Shown here: positions 1-9,026 of the stretch, piece by piece
Layout of the letters: every line of letters begins with the position of its first letter
Position numbering within the stretch: the stretch's first letter is position 1
Virus record (IMG/VR): IMGVR_UViG_3300018421_000026
Location: 1 to 59,728 of that record
Strand: one strand, 5' to 3'
Length of the DNA stretch: 59,728 nt
From: a virus
Taxonomy: Duplodnaviria; Caudoviricetes
Made by a program: the position numbers and the translations under genes
Notes under the pieces: model-generated
What the model was told of the DNA's origin: nothing
Databases searched by the model: none
Seen by the model: only the letters and a program-made list of their open reading frames with translations

Positions 1-236
1 ATGAAATGGATAATCCGAAGTATCTACACGTAGAAACTGGCGGCATCAAGTTCTGGACAACTGGTGAACTTCTTGCCCTTGCACAAGACCTTGAAAAAAT
101 GTTTGAGCGAAAAGACCTAGCGGTAAATATAAACTTCTATGGTGAGAATACACTTGCTGCTCAAGTCTTTGACCAATCATATTACAATCAAGAGTTCCAA
201 ACCTTTGAGGAATTTATGAATGACAGGACAGCTTAA
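1..236 (+). CDS. C-terminal fragment, probably of the GT-methyltransferase-Maf fusion that starts at 57708 (5' truncated)
   Basis: The frame is open from the window edge. The sequence (KYLHVETGGIKFWTTGELLALAQD...INFYG) looks like a DUF115/Maf C-terminus, and the ORF at the other end of the window runs off the edge inside that domain. Confidence 0.6.
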   Translation, partial: EMDNPKYLHVETGGIKFWTTGELLALAQDLEKMFERKDLAVNINFYGENTLAAQVFDQSYYNQEFQTFEEFMNDRTA

Positions 237-675
237 AGAGCGTCAAGAAAAATTCTGTCAAGCATATCTTATAAACAAGAATGCTACACAGTCTGCTATC
301 TCTGCTGGCTACAGTGAAAAGTCTGCTCACAACCAGGGCTATAGACTGCTACAAGAGCCTGCTATTCAGCGTAGATTAGAAGAGCTTGAGGAAGAATACA
401 GCACAGATGTAGATGTAGTATCAGAACTTGAGAAGCAATACGAGCAGGCCAAAGCAAATGGCAATGGTCAGACCGCACTCAAAGCCCTTGAGTTGCTGTC
501 CCGTGTACGTGGCAACAATGCAGAAGACGAAGGACCGCAGGACGTAGCAGGTCTTGAGGGTAAGATATGTGCATCAATGAAAATTATAGGCAAAGAAAAA
601 ATGTATGAACTGTTTATGTCTACATGGCCTGAAGACTTTGAGGAAGAAGAAGATGAAGCTACCCCCGATGAATAA
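220..675 (+). CDS. terS: Terminase small subunit
   Basis: QEKFCQAYLINKNATQSAISAGYSEKSAHNQGYRLL matches the Terminase_2 HTH pattern. Confidence 0.8.
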   Translation: MTGQLKERQEKFCQAYLINKNATQSAISAGYSEKSAHNQGYRLLQEPAIQRRLEELEEEYSTDVDVVSELEKQYEQAKANGNGQTALKALELLSRVRGNNAEDEGPQDVAGLEGKICASMKIIGKEKMYELFMSTWPEDFEEEEDEATPDE

Positions 676-1696
676 GTTCACAGAAAAAACTGCGCTTGTT
701 ACTGGTGTAACAGGACAGGACGGTGGCTATCTTGCGGAGCTTCTGCTTGACAAGGGATACATTGTACATGGCCTGCAGCGGCGTGTATCCTCAGAGCCAT
801 CTAAGCGCATTGCCCATCTGATTGGTCGGCCTAACTTTCACCTACACTACGGTGATTTGACCGATACAGGTAGCCTTATGCAGCTGTTTGATACCCATTT
901 ATTTGACGAAGTTTACAACCTTGCAGCCCAGTCTCACGTGCGTGTCTCATTTGATGTCCCAGAATACACTGCTAACGTGGACGCTATGGGGGTTTTAAGG
1001 CTCTTAGAGTGCATTCGTACACTTGGTTTGACTGAACACACCAAATTTTATCAAGCGTCCACCTCAGAGCTATATGGGAAGGTTTTAGAAACACCCCAAT
1101 CTGAGACTACACCTTTCTATCCACGCAGCCCATACGGTGTGTCTAAGCAGTTTGCATTTTGGACGGTAAAAAACTACCGTGAGGCATACGATATGCACGC
1201 TTCCAACGGTATTCTATTCAATCACGAGTCTCCCTGGAGGGGTAAAGAGTTTGTTACGCAGAAGATTGTACAGGGTGTAGCCGATATTGCACGTGGCAAC
1301 TTGTCGCACATAGAGCTAGGCAACCTAGATGCAGAGCGAGACTGGGGACATGCAGAAGATTACGTTGAAGGTATGTATCTTATGATGCAGCAGCCCAAAG
1401 GCGATGACTATGTACTTGCCACGGGTGAACTACATTCTGTGCGTGAGCTTGTTGAAAAGTGTTTTGCTGCAGTAGATATGCGAATCAGGTGGGTAGGCGA
1501 TGTCGGCCTAAATGAGACTGCCATAGATGAGAATGACAACACGGTGGTAACTATTAACCCACAGTTCTATCGCCCCGCAGAGGTAGACCTACTGCTTGGT
1601 GATGCATCCAAAGCCCGTGAGGTTCTGGGTTGGAAGCCTAAATATACGTTTGATTCTATGATTGACCAGATGATGCAGGAAGCTATTGCTTCTTAG
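668..1696 (+). CDS. gmd: GDP-mannose 4,6-dehydratase
   Basis: ALVTGVTGQDGGYLAELLL, YNLAAQSHV, QASTSELYG, YPRSPYGVSK, RDWGHA. Start moved to ATG 668, overlapping the terS stop. Confidence 0.95.
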   Translation: MNKFTEKTALVTGVTGQDGGYLAELLLDKGYIVHGLQRRVSSEPSKRIAHLIGRPNFHLHYGDLTDTGSLMQLFDTHLFDEVYNLAAQSHVRVSFDVPEYTANVDAMGVLRLLECIRTLGLTEHTKFYQASTSELYGKVLETPQSETTPFYPRSPYGVSKQFAFWTVKNYREAYDMHASNGILFNHESPWRGKEFVTQKIVQGVADIARGNLSHIELGNLDAERDWGHAEDYVEGMYLMMQQPKGDDYVLATGELHSVRELVEKCFAAVDMRIRWVGDVGLNETAIDENDNTVVTINPQFYRPAEVDLLLGDASKAREVLGWKPKYTFDSMIDQMMQEAIAS

Positions 1697-1895
1697 CAAA
1701 GCCAAAGTATGCAGCAACCACTGCAGACAGTGAGCCATACATCATCATCAGGATAGCTTCGGCAGACTCAAAGCGTGCGGGTGAAGCCAGCACAGCAACA
1801 GTGCTAATTACCATCATACCAAGACAAGTCCACGCCATATAGCGGCGGTTCTTTTGATATGCTTGCTTGTCTACAATATTATTATCTTCTGACAT
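1683..1895 (-). CDS. Small membrane protein with two TM helices
   Basis: Two hydrophobic segments, RBS GGAG; last gene of the late arm. Confidence 0.7.
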   Translation of the reverse strand: MSEDNNIVDKQAYQKNRRYMAWTCLGMMVISTVAVLASPARFESAEAILMMMYGSLSAVVAAYFGFAKKQ

Positions 1896-1904
1896 TTGAT
1901 TCTC

Positions 1905-2300
1905 CTATTGAAGCGGGTTAGCCAGTGCGTCCATGCCACGCCATAAGTCCTCAATCTCTTTTTGCACCTTACCAATGTTTTCTGCTTTTTCTGCTGCCTG
2001 ATTTACCTTCAGCACAGACTCTGCCATAGTGGTTTCCATTTCGGCAACCTTATCACGAAGGTCAAGCAGCTGCTCTTGGTTCTTCATAATGCTTTCAAGA
2101 TTAGCACCCAACTCAATCAGCTTATCTGACGCATCAGGCAGCGCTTGTACAGCCGACTCTACCTTTTCTATGCGGCCATAAAACTCTGCTACTGCCCAGA
2201 TGCCGCCTGCCAAAGTCGTAGCAATCGACACAACAATAGCAATCCATACACCCTTGAGATTTACACCGCCTATTTTTAGTTCTGTATCTTCTAGTGACAT
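1905..2300 (-). CDS. Membrane-anchored coiled-coil protein (i-spanin-like topology)
   Basis: N-terminal TM (VWIAIVVSIATTLAGGIWAV) followed by a heptad-rich helical region. Confidence 0.6.
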   Translation of the reverse strand: MSLEDTELKIGGVNLKGVWIAIVVSIATTLAGGIWAVAEFYGRIEKVESAVQALPDASDKLIELGANLESIMKNQEQLLDLRDKVAEMETTMAESVLKVNQAAEKAENIGKVQKEIEDLWRGMDALANPLQ

Positions 2301-3088
2301 TAGTTTAAAGTTCCTTGTTCGTCATAAATTGTTTGTCCCATACCCATAACTTCTTCCACACTAACTGTTGCATTATTGTATGTAAAAAAGTTGTAGAAAG
2401 TGTGTGTGAAACCAGTGGTTGACCAAGCAAATTTTATGGCTTCATTTGCAGAATCATATGTAGCAATAGCATCAGACATATTTATATTAAATTGCTGGGC
2501 ATCATCGTCAACAGACCCAGTGATAGTTTCTATTCGTGACGCAGCAAGAAAAGCAGCAGCGTCTTGAGCCAAATCTTCTACATCTCCTAGTGCATCATTG
2601 TATACATTAACATCTTGTTGGTCTAAGGTCACATCGTTTTGTTGTATAAAATCTTGAAGCTGTTCTTGTTCAGCTACGTTGTTTTGGTCGGTAGTCTCTG
2701 CCTTATCGGCTACCTCTACAGCTACAGCAATAACCGCAGTTGCATCCACAAACGTATCAATAGCAGTTTCTAACTGCACCATAGTTTCTTCATACTGATT
2801 CTCAAGCATCATCTGCGTGTTGTAATAAATGCGAAGAGACACATCATCAACAGAGTCATTGTATGCTTGCACATCTGCAGGCGTAATAAAAGCAGGCAAC
2901 ACAGTACCATCAGGCGCAACCTTACCGTCTACTGCATAGTATGCTAGACCACCAACAGCATTACGCCCTTGCTGTATCTTGTCAGCAATAATCTTACTGG
3001 CCGCAACCAGTCTATCTATCTCAGTCTCTGCGTGTGCTTGTCCTAAAGCGCTCACTAATAGACAAGCCGCTATCAGTATCTTCTTCAT
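2300..3088 (-). CDS. Secreted acidic helical protein
   Basis: Signal peptide MKKILIAACLLVSALGQAHA-E. Confidence 0.7.
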   Translation of the reverse strand: MKKILIAACLLVSALGQAHAETEIDRLVAASKIIADKIQQGRNAVGGLAYYAVDGKVAPDGTVLPAFITPADVQAYNDSVDDVSLRIYYNTQMMLENQYEETMVQLETAIDTFVDATAVIAVAVEVADKAETTDQNNVAEQEQLQDFIQQNDVTLDQQDVNVYNDALGDVEDLAQDAAAFLAASRIETITGSVDDDAQQFNINMSDAIATYDSANEAIKFAWSTTGFTHTFYNFFTYNNATVSVEEVMGMGQTIYDEQGTLN

Positions 3089-3677
3089 CTGACTCCTCTC
3101 CCCCTATATTAAGAATGCTGTCGTAATGTTTCTTGCGTTTCTTGTAATCAGGTATAAATTTTTCTGGATTCCGTTTCATTGTCATGTAGGCACTTCTTCC
3201 TACTATTAGCTTGCCATTGATAGTTAGTGGACATGGCGTGCCAGATTCAAACATAGAAATCCAGATGGCTTTTTTCTGACACATCAAAGCTACAGCAGCA
3301 ATGTTCATGTTAAGGTCTTTTAGTACCTTTGCATCACGCCGCCTATTACATTCTTCATCTTGCTTATAACCGCCAAAGGACAGACCAAGAACATTTACTT
3401 GCACACCTGCGCTACGACCCGCAAGGCAAGTGTCCTGCCCATTAGACATATATGTAGGGGCAATAGCAGAAGGCGGCGGTGTTTCTCGTGAGGCAGCACC
3501 TGCGCCATTGTAGTTATTGGTTGTTGACGGATTGTTACTACTAACTGTGCTGTTAGTGTTTACTGTGCTGGTGTTTAGGTCGCCCGTCTGGTCATTTGTT
3601 TGTGCATGAGCAAGACCTGGCATAAATGCCAAGACAAAAAGAACTAGTGCTGTTGCTCTCGCATTACTTTGAAACAC
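3021..3677 (-). CDS. Secreted Cys-containing hypothetical protein
   Basis: Signal peptide ending AHA-Q, N/T/S-rich linker, four Cys; start uncertain. Confidence 0.65.
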   Translation of the reverse strand: MFQSNARATALVLFVLAFMPGLAHAQTNDQTGDLNTSTVNTNSTVSSNNPSTTNNYNGAGAASRETPPPSAIAPTYMSNGQDTCLAGRSAGVQVNVLGLSFGGYKQDEECNRRRDAKVLKDLNMNIAAVALMCQKKAIWISMFESGTPCPLTINGKLIVGRSAYMTMKRNPEKFIPDYKKRKKHYDSILNIGGEESDEEDTDSGLSISERFRTSTRRD

Positions 3678-4071
3678 CTTTAAACTTCTCGTATGTTCTC
3701 ATACCGCCCAAGCCTAACATACCAAGCAAGACTGTCATCAAGCTTTCCATATCAAACTGGGGCAATTCTGGTATGTCTGCCCCAATCCATGCCGCCACAA
3801 ATAATGTGATAGGCACACCCACAAAATGCCAAGCCATAGCGACACCACATGTCCACCCAATAAAGGGTCGCCAGCCTGCAACAAATATACTTCTATGTCC
3901 TGCCTCTACCTTATTAATCTCTAGCTGTGCTAGGTTAGCCTTGGTAGCGGCCTTAATCATCTCTGCCTCTAGTTCTTGCTTTGCCTTTGCTGCAGCATTC
4001 TTGTCAGGCACAAGGCGGTCAATCACCTTACCTGCCGATGGCAACAATGCACTTACAATACCACTAATCAT
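3664..4071 (-). CDS. Holin (GTA-type 3TM holin family)
   Basis: GWRPFIGWTCG...LLGMLGLGGMRTYEK pattern; close to the endolysin. Confidence 0.8.
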   Translation of the reverse strand: MISGIVSALLPSAGKVIDRLVPDKNAAAKAKQELEAEMIKAATKANLAQLEINKVEAGHRSIFVAGWRPFIGWTCGVAMAWHFVGVPITLFVAAWIGADIPELPQFDMESLMTVLLGMLGLGGMRTYEKFKGVSK

Positions 4072-4802
4072 GTCTGACTCTCATTCTTAATTAACAACAA
4101 ATCAAACATAGCAGATGCTTGCTGCACCTGTGAGCTTGCCTGCGCAGTTACCTCAATGTCAGTCTTCTCTTCAAACTTTAGTGGAAACTCCATAACTTCT
4201 TCAAAAGTTTGAGCAGCCGTAGTATACTTAGCCTGCGTTCTAAAAACACCTCCAGGAACTCTAGCTCTCAATCGAACAGTCATAAACTTATTTGCAACCT
4301 CTGCTGCGCCGCCGAATACCAGCTGATACAGGTAAGCAGTATAGCCAGCAGGAACAGTATATGTAGCCATCAAAGTTTGATTTTCTTCGGCACTAATAAT
4401 AGCAACGGTATCACCTGAATGTCTAATAGTTACATCACCAGCAGGCTCATTGTCATCGCTCACAAACGCACGATATGAACGAATATATGATGCGCTAGTT
4501 GTAACAGTTGTAGTTCCGTTAAGTGTAACAATATTAGACACTTCATTATAGTCAGCATCTAATCCTTCTACAGTAATCTGTGAGTTATCTGTGGTAGATG
4601 TACCAACTACGCCAAGCTGTGCAGCAGATGTTGGATACGTATAGTCGCCGCCACCATTCCATATAAGAGTGGCAGAGGTAGTTACAGAGGTGTTAAAGCC
4701 AAACTTGTGTACATGCTCATGCCCCTGCACATAACCACGCTTTACATGCAGACCAAATGGTTCATGCTTACCTGTTCTTGTTATACTTGAATACTGTCCC
4801 AT
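4068..4802 (-). CDS. Hypothetical beta-rich, probably virion-associated protein
   Basis: Intact ORF; start moved to MGQYSS (4802), directly after the endolysin stop. Confidence 0.6.
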   Translation of the reverse strand: MGQYSSITRTGKHEPFGLHVKRGYVQGHEHVHKFGFNTSVTTSATLIWNGGGDYTYPTSAAQLGVVGTSTTDNSQITVEGLDADYNEVSNIVTLNGTTTVTTSASYIRSYRAFVSDDNEPAGDVTIRHSGDTVAIISAEENQTLMATYTVPAGYTAYLYQLVFGGAAEVANKFMTVRLRARVPGGVFRTQAKYTTAAQTFEEVMEFPLKFEEKTDIEVTAQASSQVQQASAMFDLLLIKNESQT

Positions 4803-4803
4803 T

Positions 4804-5247
4804 TTACAATCCCTTTGTGTAGTTCTTGCCATCATAGCGAAGCACAGAACCACGTTTTTTATTCGAATAACTGCAGTGAATCCACCCTGACGTAGGCTCA
4901 CCGTCTTTATAAAACTCTAGTATCAGCTGGTCAAAGTCCAGATTGTCTCTAATCCATTCTGCCACAACCTTATTGTCTACACCCAGTACCTCAAAGTCTG
5001 CTGCCTCGCCCTTTGCGTGCTGACTGTTTTTGCTGCTGCCAATAGCTACACACAACTCAGGTGAACGATAGCCACTGTTGATAGTAACAGGACGCTCAAA
5101 GTATTCACGCACTGGCTGCAGTATATTATCGCACAACATGTGTAGGTTATACAAGTCCTCTGGGTGCGGTTCGTTAAAAATATCTAGACGCAATGCAGTC
5201 TGACTCTTGGTCATTTCAGACAATGAAAAGTTTTTACTTATTTGCAT
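4804..5247 (-). CDS. Endolysin, peptidase M15A (Zn D-Ala-D-Ala peptidase fold)
   Basis: SGYR...SQHAKGEAAD...WIH Zn-ligand motifs; start moved to MQISKNFSL. Confidence 0.9.
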   Translation of the reverse strand: MQISKNFSLSEMTKSQTALRLDIFNEPHPEDLYNLHMLCDNILQPVREYFERPVTINSGYRSPELCVAIGSSKNSQHAKGEAADFEVLGVDNKVVAEWIRDNLDFDQLILEFYKDGEPTSGWIHCSYSNKKRGSVLRYDGKNYTKGL

Positions 5248-5248
5248 G

Positions 5249-8200
5249 TTACCTTGTTCTTTCTGGACGCAGTGGTTGGCCTTCATATTCTTCTGCAATT
5301 TTATTTAAATTATCTATAACTCTTTCACCAAATTTTCTTTCTTCAATTATGTTTCTTACTGTTTTCTCATCTGCAATAAAATCAGACTGAAAAACACCAC
5401 GGCCATCTTTTCCTTCAACTGCAGAGCGAATTAAAGATTCTGATGTTCTGTATTTAGCATCAGAGGTAGCACCCATAATTATATCGTCCATAGTAATATT
5501 TCTTTTGTTCCCATCTTTACCAACAACTTCCATCTGACGAAACACATCAATCTTATCTGCCAATCTAGCCATACGGTCTTTTTTAATTTCTTGCATACGT
5601 CTAAACTCATTGTAAATATCTTGCTCTTCTTGTGGCGTAAGAATTTTATCTGGTATTTGTTTTACAAAAGCTTTAAATGCTTCTTCAGGAACACCAAGTT
5701 CGCTTGTATCTTCGTATATACTGCTGCCCATAGCCTTAGTAAAGTCTACTGTATTGTGCCGTATACCTCTAGTAAAGAAATCTACTTGGTCTTCCATACG
5801 CATTGGGAATCCTGCGGCAGTTTGACCTTCACCAACACCTCGCAACATTTCAGATTGAGCAGCCCGTAATACTTTTTGCCCAGCCTTTATAGAACCAGGT
5901 GTCATAACCTTAACAAGGTTTACGCTTGTATCTCTAATATCATCTCCTAAAGAAAGACCACGGCGAATAGGGCGACCTTCAGCGTCCATACCAGTATAAG
6001 TTTCTACAAGTGCTTGGGTTAAAAACTTTTCAGATATAAATGGGCTATACACTTCTCTAAATGCGTCTTTAAATATATCATCTAACTCTCTTTGAGTTAC
6101 CTCTTCGCCTGCCATTACTCTTCCTATAATAGCACGTATTGGACCTTTAACATATTGAGCAGCATCAATAGCACCAGAGTCTACAAATTTGGTCATAATA
6201 TGACCGTTTTTATCTACATAAAAAGGTTCTTCCATAATCTTTAAAGTATTCTTTTGATACTCTGGAGCAACCAAATTTAAACCACGTATATCTGCAGGTG
6301 TCACACCAAGCTCTTGGTTGTTTTGGTCAATAGCATATCCAATACCTGCTGTTGTTGCTCCAAGTGCTGACAATCTACGCAAGCCTGTTGCTGCTAAATT
6401 TGCATTACCAGTAGCAGTCCCTTGTGCAATATCTTTTAAACCAATCTTAATAATATTATATTGTGTCCTAAGAACTTCTGCAGGGAATGTTGCATATGTA
6501 CCAAAAGGTAAGCGGGACAAAGCACGCACAGCAGGAACAGCCGTAGTATATGAAGGCATTGTATTTCTAACAACATCTGCAGCATAGTCAAATACTTCGT
6601 CATCTGTTGCATTTGGAAATGCTTTACGATATGCCTGCATTTCTGATTGGTGTGCAATGACTTTACCAAAATCATCAATGCCACCATACAGTGCAGATGC
6701 ACCACGGAAAGGAGCTTTTATAGCCTTTGACATTGCGCCTTCTGCACCTTCACCAAATCTGTCAAGATTTCTTTTTACAGTTTCGGCGACAACGCTTGAG
6801 TCCAAAACACCTCTTTCTTTTAATCGAGCTAAATAAGCCAAAGCTTCTGGGTCATTATCGGTAGCTCTTTGATACAAAGAATACATAGATTTTTGAGCAT
6901 TTTTAAACACGTTAGGGCGTAATAAATTACCGTTCATTGTAAGCTGCTGTAACATACCATATATATTAACAGCGTGAGCAGTATGGTCAAATACAGTTTC
7001 CATTGCCTGCCCTACACCTGCAGGTTTAGCAAAAATATTTAGCCATCCTTTACCAACAGGATTATCAAAACCAAAAGTATCAATACCACGCTCTAGCATT
7101 GTGTACATTTCATCTGTTGTAAATACTTTGTTAAGACCAACAGGCGCACCAGTACCACCAAGTCTGCCAAGCTCTTGAGCAGCTAACTCACCTACATTTT
7201 TTGTTATGTCTCTGCCACCAATACGCTCACCTTGTCTCAAAAAAGTAGCTGTATCTGATGGTAAGAATGGAAACAAACCTGGAGTTTTAATTTCTTTACC
7301 CAGATTGCGTTCAGCAAAAGCCTTAACATCTTTTAAATAGTTAGCCTTTGCAATAAGCTTGTTTTGATTTCTCATTGTTTCTGTAAAGTTACGAACAGGG
7401 TCTTTAACTTCACCCATAAGTTCAAGAATAGGCTTGTCAATATCTTTTCTACCACGTAGAACTTTAACAGCTTTTTCTCCTGTGCCTCCACTAAGAAGAC
7501 TGGTTATCAAATCAAACTGACCACCCTTACTTCTATCAACAATATCACTAATGATACCATCAACTTGAGCAGGCGTTAGCTCTGGATATTGTTTTTGTAA
7601 ATGCTGTCGTGCATTATATACAACTTCATATACATCTGCAGTGTGTCCCGACTTGCCTGCTGCAAGCTTGGCCTTAGACGAAAGCTTTTCTGGCTTCATA
7701 TCCAAAGCTTTCTTAATATCTTTAGACCATTTAGGATTTGTAAATGTTTGAAAGGTTCTGGTCAGATATGCACCACCATCTTCACCTAATTTAATTTGTA
7801 TATCATCGTCAGCAGTAAGTTTAAGAGCATCTTTAACAGCTACCTCATTTAAGTTAATAGCTTCCCTCATTTTTATAACTTGCTCAAGAACTTCTTCTGG
7901 TAAATCATATGAGCCTCCCTCCATAGCCAATGCACGGTTAACGGCAACTCTGTCTACACCAGTTTTTTTAATAAGTTTTTCTAATTTTTTAGCTTCAGCT
8001 TGAATAAGCATATCTTGACCCGCTACAAAGCCACGACTTTTTAAGTAAGACTCAAACATTTCTTTGGGCATTCCTGCTTGAGTAGTAAATGCCCTGCCAA
8101 CACCAGTATTCCATTTTCCAAGAGTTTGTATAATTTTACCACGCTGCCTGTATTCATTAGGAGCAATCTCTACAACCTCTGCTTCAAGTGGTGTCTTGTC

Positions 8201-9013
8201 TACTGTTTCTTCAATAGGTTCTGTAACCTTATCTTTTTTAATTGCCTTGGCTTTACTTGCAACCTTACCTGCAGCTAATCCTATACCCTTAATAAAAGCA
8301 GAGGCTACACCCGCACCCAATGTAGCATCAGCAACCTGCTTCAATCTTTTTTCTGCAACAGTATCATTAGGGTCAATTGCCAATTTAGCAGCCAACTCCT
8401 CACCTTCTGGTCCAAGCGCAGCAATAACCTCTGGCAAAAACACTTCGTCCTCTTGTCGTGTAAGCACATCAGCAGCCACACCAATAGCACCTGCCTTTGC
8501 TACTGCCCCTGCTTTTGTTGTGGTTTTTAATCCTGCAGTTGCCGCAGTCAAACCTTTTGTTGCCACGCCAAATGGAACAAAGTATGAGCCAATCTCTTCG
8601 GCAGTAGACATCTCAGGGTCAAACGTTTCTTTCAAGGCATAGCTAACCGCTTTGCCAACCTTTGTCTTTTTAAGGTTGTCATCAATGTTATCACCAAGTT
8701 CTGAGAATACATTAGAAACTTTTTCACGAGTTTCTTTACCTGCGGCTACTTCAATAGCTTGACCGCCAAGTGTTGCGATAGCACTACCCAGGCGACCAAT
8801 ACCGCCTGTAACCATCTTACCAGCACTAAAGCTAGTGTCGGGTCTTAATGCACCGCTTTCTGCTTTTGCAACAAAATCTTCCGTAACTTCTTGAAACTCT
8901 TTTGGGTCAACACCCTTGTCTCTTAGAAATTTAATTCTGTCTTTTTCTGATTCAATTTCTTGAACTTGACCAAGCAGTGTTTGGAACTCTTGTGTTTGTG
9001 GGGCTAACGCCAT
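5249..9013 (-). CDS. Large internal virion/DNA ejection protein
   Basis: 1254 aa and helical; last of the ejection-like genes after the tail nozzle (positional inference). Confidence 0.65.
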   Translation of the reverse strand: MALAPQTQEFQTLLGQVQEIESEKDRIKFLRDKGVDPKEFQEVTEDFVAKAESGALRPDTSFSAGKMVTGGIGRLGSAIATLGGQAIEVAAGKETREKVSNVFSELGDNIDDNLKKTKVGKAVSYALKETFDPEMSTAEEIGSYFVPFGVATKGLTAATAGLKTTTKAGAVAKAGAIGVAADVLTRQEDEVFLPEVIAALGPEGEELAAKLAIDPNDTVAEKRLKQVADATLGAGVASAFIKGIGLAAGKVASKAKAIKKDKVTEPIEETVDKTPLEAEVVEIAPNEYRQRGKIIQTLGKWNTGVGRAFTTQAGMPKEMFESYLKSRGFVAGQDMLIQAEAKKLEKLIKKTGVDRVAVNRALAMEGGSYDLPEEVLEQVIKMREAINLNEVAVKDALKLTADDDIQIKLGEDGGAYLTRTFQTFTNPKWSKDIKKALDMKPEKLSSKAKLAAGKSGHTADVYEVVYNARQHLQKQYPELTPAQVDGIISDIVDRSKGGQFDLITSLLSGGTGEKAVKVLRGRKDIDKPILELMGEVKDPVRNFTETMRNQNKLIAKANYLKDVKAFAERNLGKEIKTPGLFPFLPSDTATFLRQGERIGGRDITKNVGELAAQELGRLGGTGAPVGLNKVFTTDEMYTMLERGIDTFGFDNPVGKGWLNIFAKPAGVGQAMETVFDHTAHAVNIYGMLQQLTMNGNLLRPNVFKNAQKSMYSLYQRATDNDPEALAYLARLKERGVLDSSVVAETVKRNLDRFGEGAEGAMSKAIKAPFRGASALYGGIDDFGKVIAHQSEMQAYRKAFPNATDDEVFDYAADVVRNTMPSYTTAVPAVRALSRLPFGTYATFPAEVLRTQYNIIKIGLKDIAQGTATGNANLAATGLRRLSALGATTAGIGYAIDQNNQELGVTPADIRGLNLVAPEYQKNTLKIMEEPFYVDKNGHIMTKFVDSGAIDAAQYVKGPIRAIIGRVMAGEEVTQRELDDIFKDAFREVYSPFISEKFLTQALVETYTGMDAEGRPIRRGLSLGDDIRDTSVNLVKVMTPGSIKAGQKVLRAAQSEMLRGVGEGQTAAGFPMRMEDQVDFFTRGIRHNTVDFTKAMGSSIYEDTSELGVPEEAFKAFVKQIPDKILTPQEEQDIYNEFRRMQEIKKDRMARLADKIDVFRQMEVVGKDGNKRNITMDDIIMGATSDAKYRTSESLIRSAVEGKDGRGVFQSDFIADEKTVRNIIEERKFGERVIDNLNKIAEEYEGQPLRPERTR

Positions 9014-9026
9014 CTAGTTCTCCTGC

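Noticed and set aside
1670-1710. Bidirectional terminator where the arms converge
   Set aside because: The two genes overlap by 14 nt and no hairpin with a U-tract is visible
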